Positions 9,708 through 17,996 of a stretch of 43,616 nt of DNA are shown piece after piece. The position numbers and the translations under genes are program-made. The stretch is from an uncultured bacterium (GTDB lineage: Bacteria > Planctomycetota > J058): NCBI GenBank assembly GCA_937911525.1, contig CALDQK010000773.1, forward strand, positions 1 through 43,616, written 5' to 3'. The notes under the pieces were generated by a model, which worked only from the letters and a program-made list of their open reading frames with translations, was not told the origin of the DNA and did no database searches. Numbering within the stretch: the stretch's first letter is position 1; each line of letters starts with the position of its first letter.

Positions 9708-11033
9708 CTACTCCAGCCCGTAGGCCCGGATCTTGTTGTAGAGCGTGCGCAGGGAGACACCCAAGGACTCGGCCGCGTCCGCGCGGGTCTCGCTGGCAGC
9801 GATCGCCGCCGCCACCGCGTCGCGCTCGGCGTCCTTGAGGCTGCGCACCCCTCGCGAACGCGGGTTCGACGTTGTCGCGCTCGGTGGCTTCAGGTGTCGT
9901 CGCACCTCCGCCGCGCGGATCTGGTCGCCCTCGCCGAGGATCAGCAGCCGCTGGATCACCTTGCGCAGCTCGCGCACGTTGCCAGGCCAGAGGTGAGCGC
10001 TCAGGAGCTCCAGCGCCGCGGGCTCGCAGGACACCTCGCGCCCGGGGGCCAGCTCGAGCAGGAAGCGTCGCACCAGCCGCTCGATGTCGCCTGGACGCTC
10101 GCGCAGCGGGGGCAAGGTCAGCCGGACCGTGTCCACGCGGTGCAGGAGGTCGTCGCGGAAGTCCCCCTCGGCGACGGCGGCATCGATGTCGCGGTTGGTC
10201 GCGGCCACGATGCGCGCGTCGACGCGGGCGGGCTCGGTGGCGCCGACCCGGAGCACTTCGCCGAACTGCAGGAAGCGGAGCAGCTTGGTCTGGCACTCGT
10301 AGGGCAGCTCGCCGAGCTCGTCGAGGAAGAGGGTCCCGCCGTGGGCGACCTCGGCCAGGCCCAGCTTGCGCCGAGTGGCGCCGCTGAAGGCCCCGCGCTC
10401 GTGCCCGAACAGGATGCTCTCGGCCAGGTTGCTGGGGATCGCGGCGCAGTTGATCGGGACGAAGGGTCCCCCAGCGCGCGCGCTCCGCTGATGTAGCTCG
10501 CGGGCGAGGAGCTCCTTGCCGACCCCGCTCTCCCCCAGGATCAACACGCTGACCGGGGTCGGAGCCACCCGCTCGAGGTCCCGCTGGACGGCTCGCATGG
10601 CGCTGCTGCTGCCCCACTCCATTCCCCGCAGCTCGGGCTCGGCGAAGGCCTGCGTGCGCTGCGCCAGGCGACGTGAGCGCAGCGCCTGCTCGAGGGCAGC
10701 CTCGACCACCTCGAGGCGGAAGGGCTTCTGCTGGAAGTCGCAGGCCCCTTGCTTGATCGCCTCGATGGCGGCGTCGATCGAGCCGTGTCCGGTGAGCACG
10801 ATCACTTCGGTCAGCGGCCAGCGTTGCTTGATCTCGCGCAGGACCTCGAGCCCCGGGCGCCCCGGCATGCGCAGGTCGAGGAGCACGACCTCGTATTCGC
10901 CTTGCTCCAGCAGGAGCAGCGCGCGCTCACCGTCCTCGGCCTCGTTGACCTCATAGCCCTCCCGGCGCAGACTGCGCGCGAGGGCGCGCCGCAGCGGCGC
11001 CTCGTCGTCGACGATCAGCAAGCGAGCCTTCAC
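9708..11033 (-). CDS. sigma-54-dependent response regulator (NtrC family: REC + AAA+ + Fis-type HTH)
   Basis: REC domain (LLIVDDE...LLDLRMPG), Walker A GESGVGKE, a GAFSGA loop (variant of GAFTGA), ELFLDE-type Walker B (LFLDELGELP) and a C-terminal HTH (AAESLGVSLRTLYNKIR). The GTG start overlaps the kinase stop (GTGA). Confidence 0.9.
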   Translation of the reverse strand: MKARLLIVDDEAPLRRALARSLRREGYEVNEAEDGERALLLLEQGEYEVVLLDLRMPGRPGLEVLREIKQRWPLTEVIVLTGHGSIDAAIEAIKQGACDFQQKPFRLEVVEAALEQALRSRRLAQRTQAFAEPELRGMEWGSSSAMRAVQRDLERVAPTPVSVLILGESGVGKELLARELHQRSARAGGPFVPINCAAIPSNLAESILFGHERGAFSGATRRKLGLAEVAHGGTLFLDELGELPYECQTKLLRFLQFGEVLRVGATEPARVDARIVAATNRDIDAAVAEGDFRDDLLHRVDTVRLTLPPLRERPGDIERLVRRFLLELAPGREVSCEPAALELLSAHLWPGNVRELRKVIQRLLILGEGDQIRAAEVRRHLKPPSATTSNPRSRGVRSLKDAERDAVAAAIAASETRADAAESLGVSLRTLYNKIRAYGLE

Positions 11034-12604
11034 GCGGCCACCTCCTCACAGCCGTGCTGGCTCGGCGCGGGCAGCTCCACGATCACGCGCGCGCCGCCCT
11101 CCGCGCGGTTCTCGAGGCGCAGCGCGCCCCCGTGTTCTTGCACGATCCCGTACACGATCGAGAGCCCCAGGCCCGTGCCCCGGCCGACCTCCTGCTCCGT
11201 GTAGAAGGGGTCGAGGGCGTGCTCGAGCGCCTCGGGGGAGAAGCCTGGGCCCTCGTCCTCGCAGCTGAGCGCGACTCGCTCGCTGCCGACGCGCTCGAGG
11301 CGCCAGCGGATTCGCCCCCCTGGGGGAGTCGCCTGCAGCGCGTTCAAGGTCAAGTTGAGCGTCAGCTGGCGGAGCGTGTCGGAGTCCCCGAGCACCTCGA
11401 GCTGCTCGGGTCCGACCAGCTCGAGGGACTTGCCCTCCTGGTTGGCGCGATGACGCAGGAGCCGCTCGGTGCCAGCGAGCAGCGCGCGCGCGTCCAGCGG
11501 CCCGGTCTCCACGCGGCGCTTCGTGCTGCTCCGGCTGAAGTCGAGCAGGTCCCGCGCGATCCCCTCCACCCGGAAGGCCTCGTCCCGGATCAGGGCCAGA
11601 TACTCGCGCAGGGCCGCTTGCAGCTCGGGGTCTTCGGGGGAGAGCGCCGGATCGTCGAGGTCGCGCAGCAGCATCTCGGCCGAGGTCGAGATCGCCGCGA
11701 GCGGGTTGTTGATCTCGTGCGCGACCCCGGCGCTGAGGCGACCCAGGCGAGCCAGAGTCTCGGCCTGGAGCAGCCGGCGCGTCCGGTCGTCGACGAGGAC
11801 CTCCAGGTTCTGCGCCAGCTGGCTCAGCTGCGCGTTGGCCAGCGCCAGCTCGTCGCCTTGACGCGTCAGCGCATCGGTCCGCTGGGCGATGATCCGCTCG
11901 GCCGCGCGCACCCAGAGCGTGAGCGTGCCGAGCAGGAGCCCCACTCCCAGGAGCGCGTAGAGGGCCACCTCCGCGCCGGCGCCGATGGCCTCAGGTAAGA
12001 GGTCGTCGACGCGTTGGGATCCCATCAGGAACGCGCTCGGGCGCCCGACGAGGCGCAGAGGGACCGTCGTGCGCAGCAGCTCGCCCTCCCGCGCTTGGCC
12101 GACCCCGAAGAGCTCGGAGTAGCGAGGCGGGTCGAGGCCGCCGATCAGGTGCTCTTCCCCCGGCCCGGAGGCGCCCGCGATGGCGGCGCGAGCCTGGACA
12201 TGGGCTGGCGCGCTCCTGGGCGGATCCTGGCCCAGGGTCCGCCCCTCCTGGTCGAAGACGACCAGCGACTCCAGCCCAAAGGCCGCCCGCAGCCCCGGCA
12301 GGTGCTGCGAGAGCGAGGCCGCGTCTGCGCCGCGCCTGGCCAGCTCTCGCTCGACGAGGAGCAGCACGCGCTCGCGCTCCTCGAAGAGCTCGCTGTGAGC
12401 CTCGTGTCCGGTCAAGAGCGCCAAGACGAGGGCCAACACGACGCCGCCCAGCGCCCCGGCTGCCAGGAAGCTCCTCGTCAGACTGCCACGCTTCACGAAG
12501 CGTCCCCGCAGCAAGGGCCGCGCCGCGCCTAGCGCGAGTCGGGTCGGGGGTCGGGGTCGAGGGGAGGCGCTCATGGGGTGCAAGGATCTGCGCCCGGGGT
12601 GCAA
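11030..12604 (-). CDS. sensor histidine kinase (two TM helices, periplasmic sensor, HisKA + HATPase_c)
   Basis: H-box GVAHEINNPL, N-box LNLTLNALQA, G-boxes DEGPG and GTGLGLS. Two hydrophobic segments flank a region of about 170 aa. Confidence 0.85.
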   Translation of the reverse strand: MHPGRRSLHPMSASPRPRPPTRLALGAARPLLRGRFVKRGSLTRSFLAAGALGGVVLALVLALLTGHEAHSELFEERERVLLLVERELARRGADAASLSQHLPGLRAAFGLESLVVFDQEGRTLGQDPPRSAPAHVQARAAIAGASGPGEEHLIGGLDPPRYSELFGVGQAREGELLRTTVPLRLVGRPSAFLMGSQRVDDLLPEAIGAGAEVALYALLGVGLLLGTLTLWVRAAERIIAQRTDALTRQGDELALANAQLSQLAQNLEVLVDDRTRRLLQAETLARLGRLSAGVAHEINNPLAAISTSAEMLLRDLDDPALSPEDPELQAALREYLALIRDEAFRVEGIARDLLDFSRSSTKRRVETGPLDARALLAGTERLLRHRANQEGKSLELVGPEQLEVLGDSDTLRQLTLNLTLNALQATPPGGRIRWRLERVGSERVALSCEDEGPGFSPEALEHALDPFYTEQEVGRGTGLGLSIVYGIVQEHGGALRLENRAEGGARVIVELPAPSQHGCEEVAA

Positions 12605-12691
12605 TTCGCTGCACCCAGAGCTGGGGACATTGCTGTCGGAAAGGTTGCGCCAGCGATCGCCCCAAGTGCTTCCCTTCGAGAGGCCTGAAGA

Positions 12692-12717
12692 AAACTTACC
12701 GTTCGCTAGATAAGTTT
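12692..12717. promoter_or_regulatory. AT-rich inverted repeat, candidate TetR operator
   Basis: AAACTTA-N12-TAAGTTT, with perfect 7-bp arms. It sits immediately upstream of a TATCCT hexamer (12720-12725) that ends 7 nt before the tetR-family ATG at 12733. Confidence 0.4.
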
Positions 12718-12732
12718 GCTATCCTTCCGGCC

Positions 12733-13368
12733 ATGGCGCGACCCGTGAACGCAAACCCCGACCAGACACGAGCGCGGATCCTCGCGATCGCGACCCGACG
12801 CTTCGGCGACGAGGGCGCCAAGGCCTCCTCCCGAGAGGTCGCCCGGGAGGCCGGAGTCAGCCTGGCGACCGTGCACTACCACTTCGGCTCGAAGCAGGGC
12901 CTGCACGACGCCTGCGTCGCGGCCATGGACCAAGCCTTCGCGGGCCTGCGGGCCGAGCTCGCGACGCTCCCGGCCAGCGGCTCCGCGCTCCCTGAGCTGA
13001 TCGAAGCGGCCGTGCGCCGCTGCTACCGCTTCGCGCTCGAGCACCGCGCGGGCGTGCGGCTGACGACCCGGGCCGCGATCGACTCGGGGAGCATCGACCC
13101 GGCCCGCCAGGCGGGGCTGCTCATCCCCGGCCTGAGCGAAGGGGCCGAGCTGCTGAGCGCCTTGACGGGCGCGCCGCTCGAGCCCCTGCGGCTGACCTTG
13201 CGCAGCGTCAGCTACCTCGTCGTGCGCTACGCGCTGACCGACGGCGCCGAGCTGGCGCTCGCCCTGGGGCGCGAGACCGAAGACTCGAGCGCCCTCGAGG
13301 CCGCCGTCGAAGACCACCTCGTGTTCGTGGCCCGCAGCCTGATCGCGGGCCTGGGAGCGACCTCATGA
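12733..13368 (+). CDS. TetR/AcrR-family transcriptional regulator
   Basis: N-terminal HTH signature RILAIATRRFGDEGAKASSREVAREAGVSLATVHYHFGSK. Confidence 0.85.
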   Translation: MARPVNANPDQTRARILAIATRRFGDEGAKASSREVAREAGVSLATVHYHFGSKQGLHDACVAAMDQAFAGLRAELATLPASGSALPELIEAAVRRCYRFALEHRAGVRLTTRAAIDSGSIDPARQAGLLIPGLSEGAELLSALTGAPLEPLRLTLRSVSYLVVRYALTDGAELALALGRETEDSSALEAAVEDHLVFVARSLIAGLGATS

Positions 13369-14297
13369 GCGCCAGCCTGCGAACCCTCCTCCGCTACGCC
13401 GCCTACCCCCTGCTGGTGTTCGGGAGCCTCGGCGTCCTGTGGGTCGGCGCGCGCTTCAGCGAGGCGCCCCTGGGCGCCCTGACCAGCGCGCTGGCCCTCG
13501 CCAGCGCGCTCGCGGTCGCGCTGCTGGAGCTGCTCCTCCCCGACCGCGAGGGAGAGGTCAGCTGGCGCACCCTGCGGACCGACCTGCTGCACGTCCTGCT
13601 CAGCGGGAGCGGCGTGAGCATGCTGGTCCGCGCGCTCAGCTTCGGCGGTCTGGCTGCCCTCGGCGCCCTCCTCGCGCAGCGCCTGGGCTTCGGCCTCTGG
13701 CCGAGCGCCTGGCCCTGGCCCGTCCAGCTGGCGCTGGCCGCGGTGATCGGCGAGCTGGGCGCCTACACCGCGCACCGGCTCATGCACCGCTACGAGGCCC
13801 TGTGGCGGATCCACGCGCTGCACCACAGCCCGCCGCACCTCTACATCGTCGCCTCGGCGCGGACGCATCCCTTCAACGCGGCCCTCGTCCACTTCTCCCA
13901 GATGGCTCCGGTCGTGCTGCTCGGCGCGGGGCCCGAGGTGATCGCGGGCTTCTCGCTGCTGACGGCCGTGGTCGGGCTGCTCCAGCACTGCAACGCGGAC
14001 CTCGCCACCGAGTGGCTCAACGGCGTGTTCGCGACGCCGGATCTCCATCGCACCCACCACTCGGTCGTCCTCGAGGAGAGCAACACCAACTTCGGCAACA
14101 ACCTGATCGTGTGGGATTGGGTGTTCGGCACCCGGCTCGCCGGCGCGCGGCCCGCGGCCTATGGCGTCGAGGGGGTCACCTGGCCCGAGGGCTACCTGGC
14201 TCAGCTCACCGTGCCCTTCGTCTACGCTCGCCTCAGCGCGGCGCCCCCGCTCGCGGCGCCAGAGCCCGCGTCGGAGCTTGCTACGCTCAGCGGGTGA
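13365..14297 (+). CDS. fatty acid hydroxylase / sterol desaturase-family membrane di-iron enzyme
   Basis: Histidine boxes HRLMH, HALHH and HRTHH in a polytopic membrane protein. ATGA overlap with the tetR-family gene. Confidence 0.8.
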   Translation: MSASLRTLLRYAAYPLLVFGSLGVLWVGARFSEAPLGALTSALALASALAVALLELLLPDREGEVSWRTLRTDLLHVLLSGSGVSMLVRALSFGGLAALGALLAQRLGFGLWPSAWPWPVQLALAAVIGELGAYTAHRLMHRYEALWRIHALHHSPPHLYIVASARTHPFNAALVHFSQMAPVVLLGAGPEVIAGFSLLTAVVGLLQHCNADLATEWLNGVFATPDLHRTHHSVVLEESNTNFGNNLIVWDWVFGTRLAGARPAAYGVEGVTWPEGYLAQLTVPFVYARLSAAPPLAAPEPASELATLSG

Positions 14298-15547
14298 ACC
14301 AAGACGCCTCCGCGGCCCAATCCAAGCCGGCTTCGCGCTGGCGCCGTCGCCTCAAGCGGCTCGGCGCGCTCGCGCTGGCGGGGGTGATCTCCCTGCTGCT
14401 GCTCCTGCTCTACCTGGCCCGCAGCGAGGACCCCGTTGCCTTCGACGAGCAGGCCGCGCGAGGGATCGAGCTGGTCGGCTGGCAGCAGCTCCTGCCCGGC
14501 GAGGGGATCCCCGCCGACCTGCCCCTCCAGGCGGCCAACAACAACTGCGACGCCGTCCTCCACGAGGGCCGGACCTACCTCTCGGTCCGCAGCGGCCCGC
14601 ACCACTTCGCCTCCGACCAGACGCAGGTGTTCGTGCTCAGCAGCGCCGACCGGGTCAGCTGGGAGCTCGAGCGCACCTTCGACCTCCCCGGCGGGGACCT
14701 GCGCGAGCCGCGCTTCTTCTCGTTCGCTGGGCGCCTGCTCTTCTACTTCTTCAAAGCCGGGACCGATCCCCTGGCCTTCGAGCCGCGCTCGATCTACGTG
14801 AGCGAGCGCCGCGGCCCCGGCGACTGGAGCGAGCCGCGCGCGATCTTCCGCCCGGGCTACGTGGTGTGGCGCGTGCGCGAGCACGAGGGCCAGGCCTACA
14901 TGAGCGTCTACCGCGGTGAGGGGCTCTACACGACCAGCGATCGGCCCGGCGAGGTCCGGCTGCTGGTCTCGAGCGACGGCCTCACGTGGGAGCCGATCAC
15001 GCCAGAGCCCCAAGTCTCGCGGGTCGGCGCGTCGGAGTGCGACTTCGTGTTCGACGAGCAGGGCGGGCTGGTGGCCCTGGTCCGGCTCGAGGTGCAGGGC
15101 TCGCTGGTGTGCACCGCGAAGCCCGCGGCCCTGGGCACCTGGGAGCAGACCTACAGCCGGCACAAGTACGACTCGCCGCTCCTGCTCCAGCAGGGCGGCG
15201 AGGTCTACGCGGTCGCGCGGCGCAACGTGGCGGGGGCCTTCTATCGCGGCCCGGACGCCGCCCCCGCGGCGCTGCGGCGCGCCTGGTCGCTGGCGCGCTA
15301 CTCGCTCACCCGCAAGCGGACCTGCCTCTACCGGCTCGACCTCGAGCGGCGGGCGCCGACGCCGCTCTTCGACCTGCCCTCTCGGGGAGACACGGCCTTC
15401 GCGGGCGCGGTCCGGCTCGGGGAGAACCGCTGGTGGCTGGTCAACTACAGCAGCCCGCGCGAGGGGCCCGACCTGCCCTGGCTGGCCGGCCAGGTCGGTC
15501 GGACCCACCTCTACGCGGGCGAGCTGGTGTTCGGCTCGAGCGAGTAG
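14294..15547 (+). CDS. membrane-anchored beta-propeller-like protein with Asp-box-like motif (sialidase/BNR-like fold suspected)
   Basis: The GTG start overlaps the hydroxylase stop (GTGA) and is in frame with the tail of track ORF 13439-15547. N-terminal TM helix (ALALAGVISLLLLLLYL). SSDGLTWE motif at 14969-14992 and a weaker SSADRVSWE. Strand-rich repeats throughout. Confidence 0.6.
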   Translation: MNQDASAAQSKPASRWRRRLKRLGALALAGVISLLLLLLYLARSEDPVAFDEQAARGIELVGWQQLLPGEGIPADLPLQAANNNCDAVLHEGRTYLSVRSGPHHFASDQTQVFVLSSADRVSWELERTFDLPGGDLREPRFFSFAGRLLFYFFKAGTDPLAFEPRSIYVSERRGPGDWSEPRAIFRPGYVVWRVREHEGQAYMSVYRGEGLYTTSDRPGEVRLLVSSDGLTWEPITPEPQVSRVGASECDFVFDEQGGLVALVRLEVQGSLVCTAKPAALGTWEQTYSRHKYDSPLLLQQGGEVYAVARRNVAGAFYRGPDAAPAALRRAWSLARYSLTRKRTCLYRLDLERRAPTPLFDLPSRGDTAFAGAVRLGENRWWLVNYSSPREGPDLPWLAGQVGRTHLYAGELVFGSSE

Positions 15548-15553
15548 CGCTCG

Positions 15554-15892
15554 CTATCCAGTGCGGATCCGCTGCAGGCGCAGCTGCTCCCATACGTGCT
15601 CCCGCTCGGCGCTGGTCCGCCGGCGACTGGTGCGCTTTCGGGAGGGCTCAGGGCGGACGAGGTAGGGGCGGACGAAGTCGTCGACCTCCCTCGGCTCGAC
15701 GCCCCACTGCTCGCAGAGGTCGCCCACGCTGGCGCGCTTGGCCAGCACGTCGCCTTCGCGCACGTGGACCGTGCTCAGGTCGCCGTCGCGCCCGTGGAGC
15801 AGCTCCCCCATCCCGAGGCAGAGGAAGAGCTTCTCGCCGCGTCGATAGACGACGCCGACCTCGCTGCCGAGGTCCCGTTGCTGTCTGCTCAA
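15554..15892 (-). CDS. hypothetical protein (112 aa) with basic C-terminal tail
   Basis: This is the C-terminal part of track ORF 15554-16912. GC3-rich from a TTG that overlaps the upstream gene's TGA (TTGA). An alternative ATG lies at 15811. I recognise no family. Confidence 0.4.
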   Translation of the reverse strand: MSRQQRDLGSEVGVVYRRGEKLFLCLGMGELLHGRDGDLSTVHVREGDVLAKRASVGDLCEQWGVEPREVDDFVRPYLVRPEPSRKRTSRRRTSAEREHVWEQLRLQRIRTG

Positions 15893-16713
15893 GCGACACC
15901 TCGCGCGTTCAGGTCGCCGCCGAGGCGCATCCGGCGACGGCCGGCGGCGCCGGCCAGGGTCGCGCGCGCCCGGGGCGAGAGGGTCGTGCGCATGAAGTCG
16001 AGCACGTCGAGCAGGTCCCGCGGGGCGAGGCCGCGCTGGCGCAGCTCGCGCTCGACCTCGCGCGCCAGGGCGCGGTAGGCGTGATAGTCGCGCTCGCTCG
16101 GCTTGCCGGCGTCGGGCAGCTCGCGGTGCATGATCCGCGCCTGGAGCGCGAACTTGCCCGGCTGAACGCAGGCGTGCTCCTTGGGGAACACCAGCCCGCG
16201 CAGCGCCGTGACGAAGGCCCAGCTCCCGCGCAGGTTGGAGAGCGCCGGAGAGAGCGCCTTGATCAGGCCCGCGAAGGAGCCCTCGCTCTCGCGCGGGTAG
16301 AGGTGCTCGACCAGCGCCCTGGCGAGCGCCGCTCGCTGCTGCACGTCGAGGCGATCGAGCTGCTTGACCTGGCCGATGGGCACGAGCGTCGTCTTCGAGA
16401 GGACGGTGCTCAGGTCCGTCACGATCTGCTCGGTGTTGCCGAGGGTCAGCTGGAAGCGCAGCCGGTCCTCCGAGAGCAGCTTCTGGGCCTGCTCGACCGC
16501 GGCGTCGCGGTGCCGCTTCAGGCGCGACTTGGCGCCTACGCCGCGCATGTCTCCCTCCCAGAGCGGCGCCTGGAAGCCGCCGGAGTAGCGGTCGAGGAAC
16601 CACGCCACCTGGTCGTCGAAGCTCTCCGCGGAGTAGGTCGTGCTGTGGGGCAGCGCAGGGCGGGGAGCGGGCGGGGCGGCGGGTCGCAGGGGCGGGGTAG
16701 GGGGGGAATACAT
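15889..16713 (-). CDS. hypothetical protein (274 aa), no recognisable family
   Basis: ATG with GAGGAGG 5 nt upstream and consistent GC3 bias. Pro/Ala-rich N-terminus followed by a helical body. Confidence 0.6.
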   Translation of the reverse strand: MYSPPTPPLRPAAPPAPRPALPHSTTYSAESFDDQVAWFLDRYSGGFQAPLWEGDMRGVGAKSRLKRHRDAAVEQAQKLLSEDRLRFQLTLGNTEQIVTDLSTVLSKTTLVPIGQVKQLDRLDVQQRAALARALVEHLYPRESEGSFAGLIKALSPALSNLRGSWAFVTALRGLVFPKEHACVQPGKFALQARIMHRELPDAGKPSERDYHAYRALAREVERELRQRGLAPRDLLDVLDFMRTTLSPRARATLAGAAGRRRMRLGGDLNARGVA

Positions 16714-16988
16714 GGGGCCTCCTCGAGGGGTCGGGTGCGAGTGCGAACGGGCGGGTACGAGCGTGGGAGTCCTCCCAGCAGAGGGGTGGTCCGAGGCCGG
16801 CAGCCTGCGGGTATCTGTCCAATATGGTTGTGCAATCGGGCCTCGGGACCCTACTCAGGGCGCCAAGGGCCGAGCGAGCCGGCGCCGACGAGGGGCGCTG
16901 GCAGCCATGCACGGGCCTCGCGCGCCTCCCTGGTCCTCTGCGTCAAAACAGCCGAGAGACGCCACCAGCTAGTGCATTGGGGCGAATC

Positions 16989-17014
16989 TCGTCAGACAGG
17001 ATCGTCAGACAGGA
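16989..17014. repeat. perfect 13-bp tandem direct repeat (TCGTCAGACAGGA x2)
   Basis: Read directly from the sequence. It lies in the 459-nt non-coding gap upstream of the 15889-16713 gene. Confidence 0.9.
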
Positions 17015-17172
17015 CGACGGGAGGGGGCATCGAGGCGTTCGGGAAGAGCGCGAAGCCCTTCAACACGCCGGAGCGTGCGCCGAATGAGCTAAGTATAGCA
17101 ATTCGAGTCAGCGAGTGCAAGGGTTTACTCGACCTGGCGCGCGCTTCGCGCGTCGGATCACCGCTCGCGAGC

Positions 17173-17886
17173 TCAGCCGGGGGGGCGAGCGGCGAGGAAC
17201 ACGACGTCCTCGATCTCTTCGCCGTCGTCGAGGAGCTCGTTGACCCAGCGCACCCGCTCCCGCTCGCTCCGAGGGAAGGCCTCGGCCAGGGTCGCCGCGA
17301 AGGCGTCGTCGTCGCCTGCGGACCACACCGCGAGCACCCCCTCGGGGGCGAGGTGCTCGGCGACCGTGCGCAGGCCCTCGACCGTGTAGAAGGGCGCGCT
17401 CGACTCGGCCAGGCGCTCGGTGGGCGTGTGGTCGACGTCGATCAGGATCAGGTCCCAGGTCTCCTCGGCGGGGCCGAGCAGGCGCGCGTAGACGTCGCCC
17501 TTCTCGGCGCGCAGGCGCGGCTCGGCGGAGAGCTCAGCGCCGAGCGGCGTGAGCCCCTCCTGAGTCCAGCGCAGGACGGCGTCCTCCTGCTCGATCACCA
17601 GGACCTCGCTCACGCGCGGATCCGCGAGCGCGGCGTGCGCCGTGTAACCCAGCCCCAGGCCGCCGACCAGCACGCGGAGCGGCTGGTCTCCGCCGCGCCA
17701 GGCGATGGCGCGCGTGGCGAGCTCCTCCTCCGAGCGCGTGTTGAGGCTGCTCATCAGGAGGTCGTGCTCGACCATGACCTCGGTCACGATCGTGCCGGGG
17801 CGACCGAGGAGCTCGCGGCGGCGTAGATAGAGCGTCCCCCAGGGGGTCGCCACGTGGTCGAGGATCTCGAAGCGGGGTCGGTTCAT
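17173..17886 (-). CDS. spermidine synthase-like SAM-dependent (aminopropyl/methyl)transferase
   Basis: Rossmann motif I VLVGGLGLGYTA, an acidic loop VIEQE, and DLILIDVD, typical of the spermine/spermidine synthase family. Confidence 0.65.
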   Translation of the reverse strand: MNRPRFEILDHVATPWGTLYLRRRELLGRPGTIVTEVMVEHDLLMSSLNTRSEEELATRAIAWRGGDQPLRVLVGGLGLGYTAHAALADPRVSEVLVIEQEDAVLRWTQEGLTPLGAELSAEPRLRAEKGDVYARLLGPAEETWDLILIDVDHTPTERLAESSAPFYTVEGLRTVAEHLAPEGVLAVWSAGDDDAFAATLAEAFPRSERERVRWVNELLDDGEEIEDVVFLAARPPG

Positions 17887-17996
17887 GGGCCGAGTCTATT
17901 CCCACCTCCCTGTCGATGATCGCCCCTCCTAACGGAATCCAACGTAAGGAGACGGACCCGACTCCAGAGCCTACGAACCTCACGGCTTCTGAAGCT

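Noticed and set aside
8905-10617. 570-aa minus-strand ORF spanning the barrel gene and part of the NtrC-like gene
   Set aside because: Only the last 230 aa form a credible protein, with an ATG, Shine-Dalgarno sequence, signal peptide and barrel. The upstream part is an Arg/Pro-rich alternative frame of the well-supported regulator gene.
12622-12633. TGGGGACATTGC upstream of the histidine kinase/TetR divergent region, considered as a sigma-54 promoter
   Set aside because: The GG-to-GC spacing is about 5 nt instead of 10, which is incompatible with a -24/-12 promoter.
14986-17826. 946-aa plus-strand ORF running across four annotated genes and the 459-nt spacer
   Set aside because: It has no motifs and an extreme Arg/Gly/Ala content. 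It crosses regions where other frames have clear signals, so it is a stop-codon-poor artefact of GC richness.
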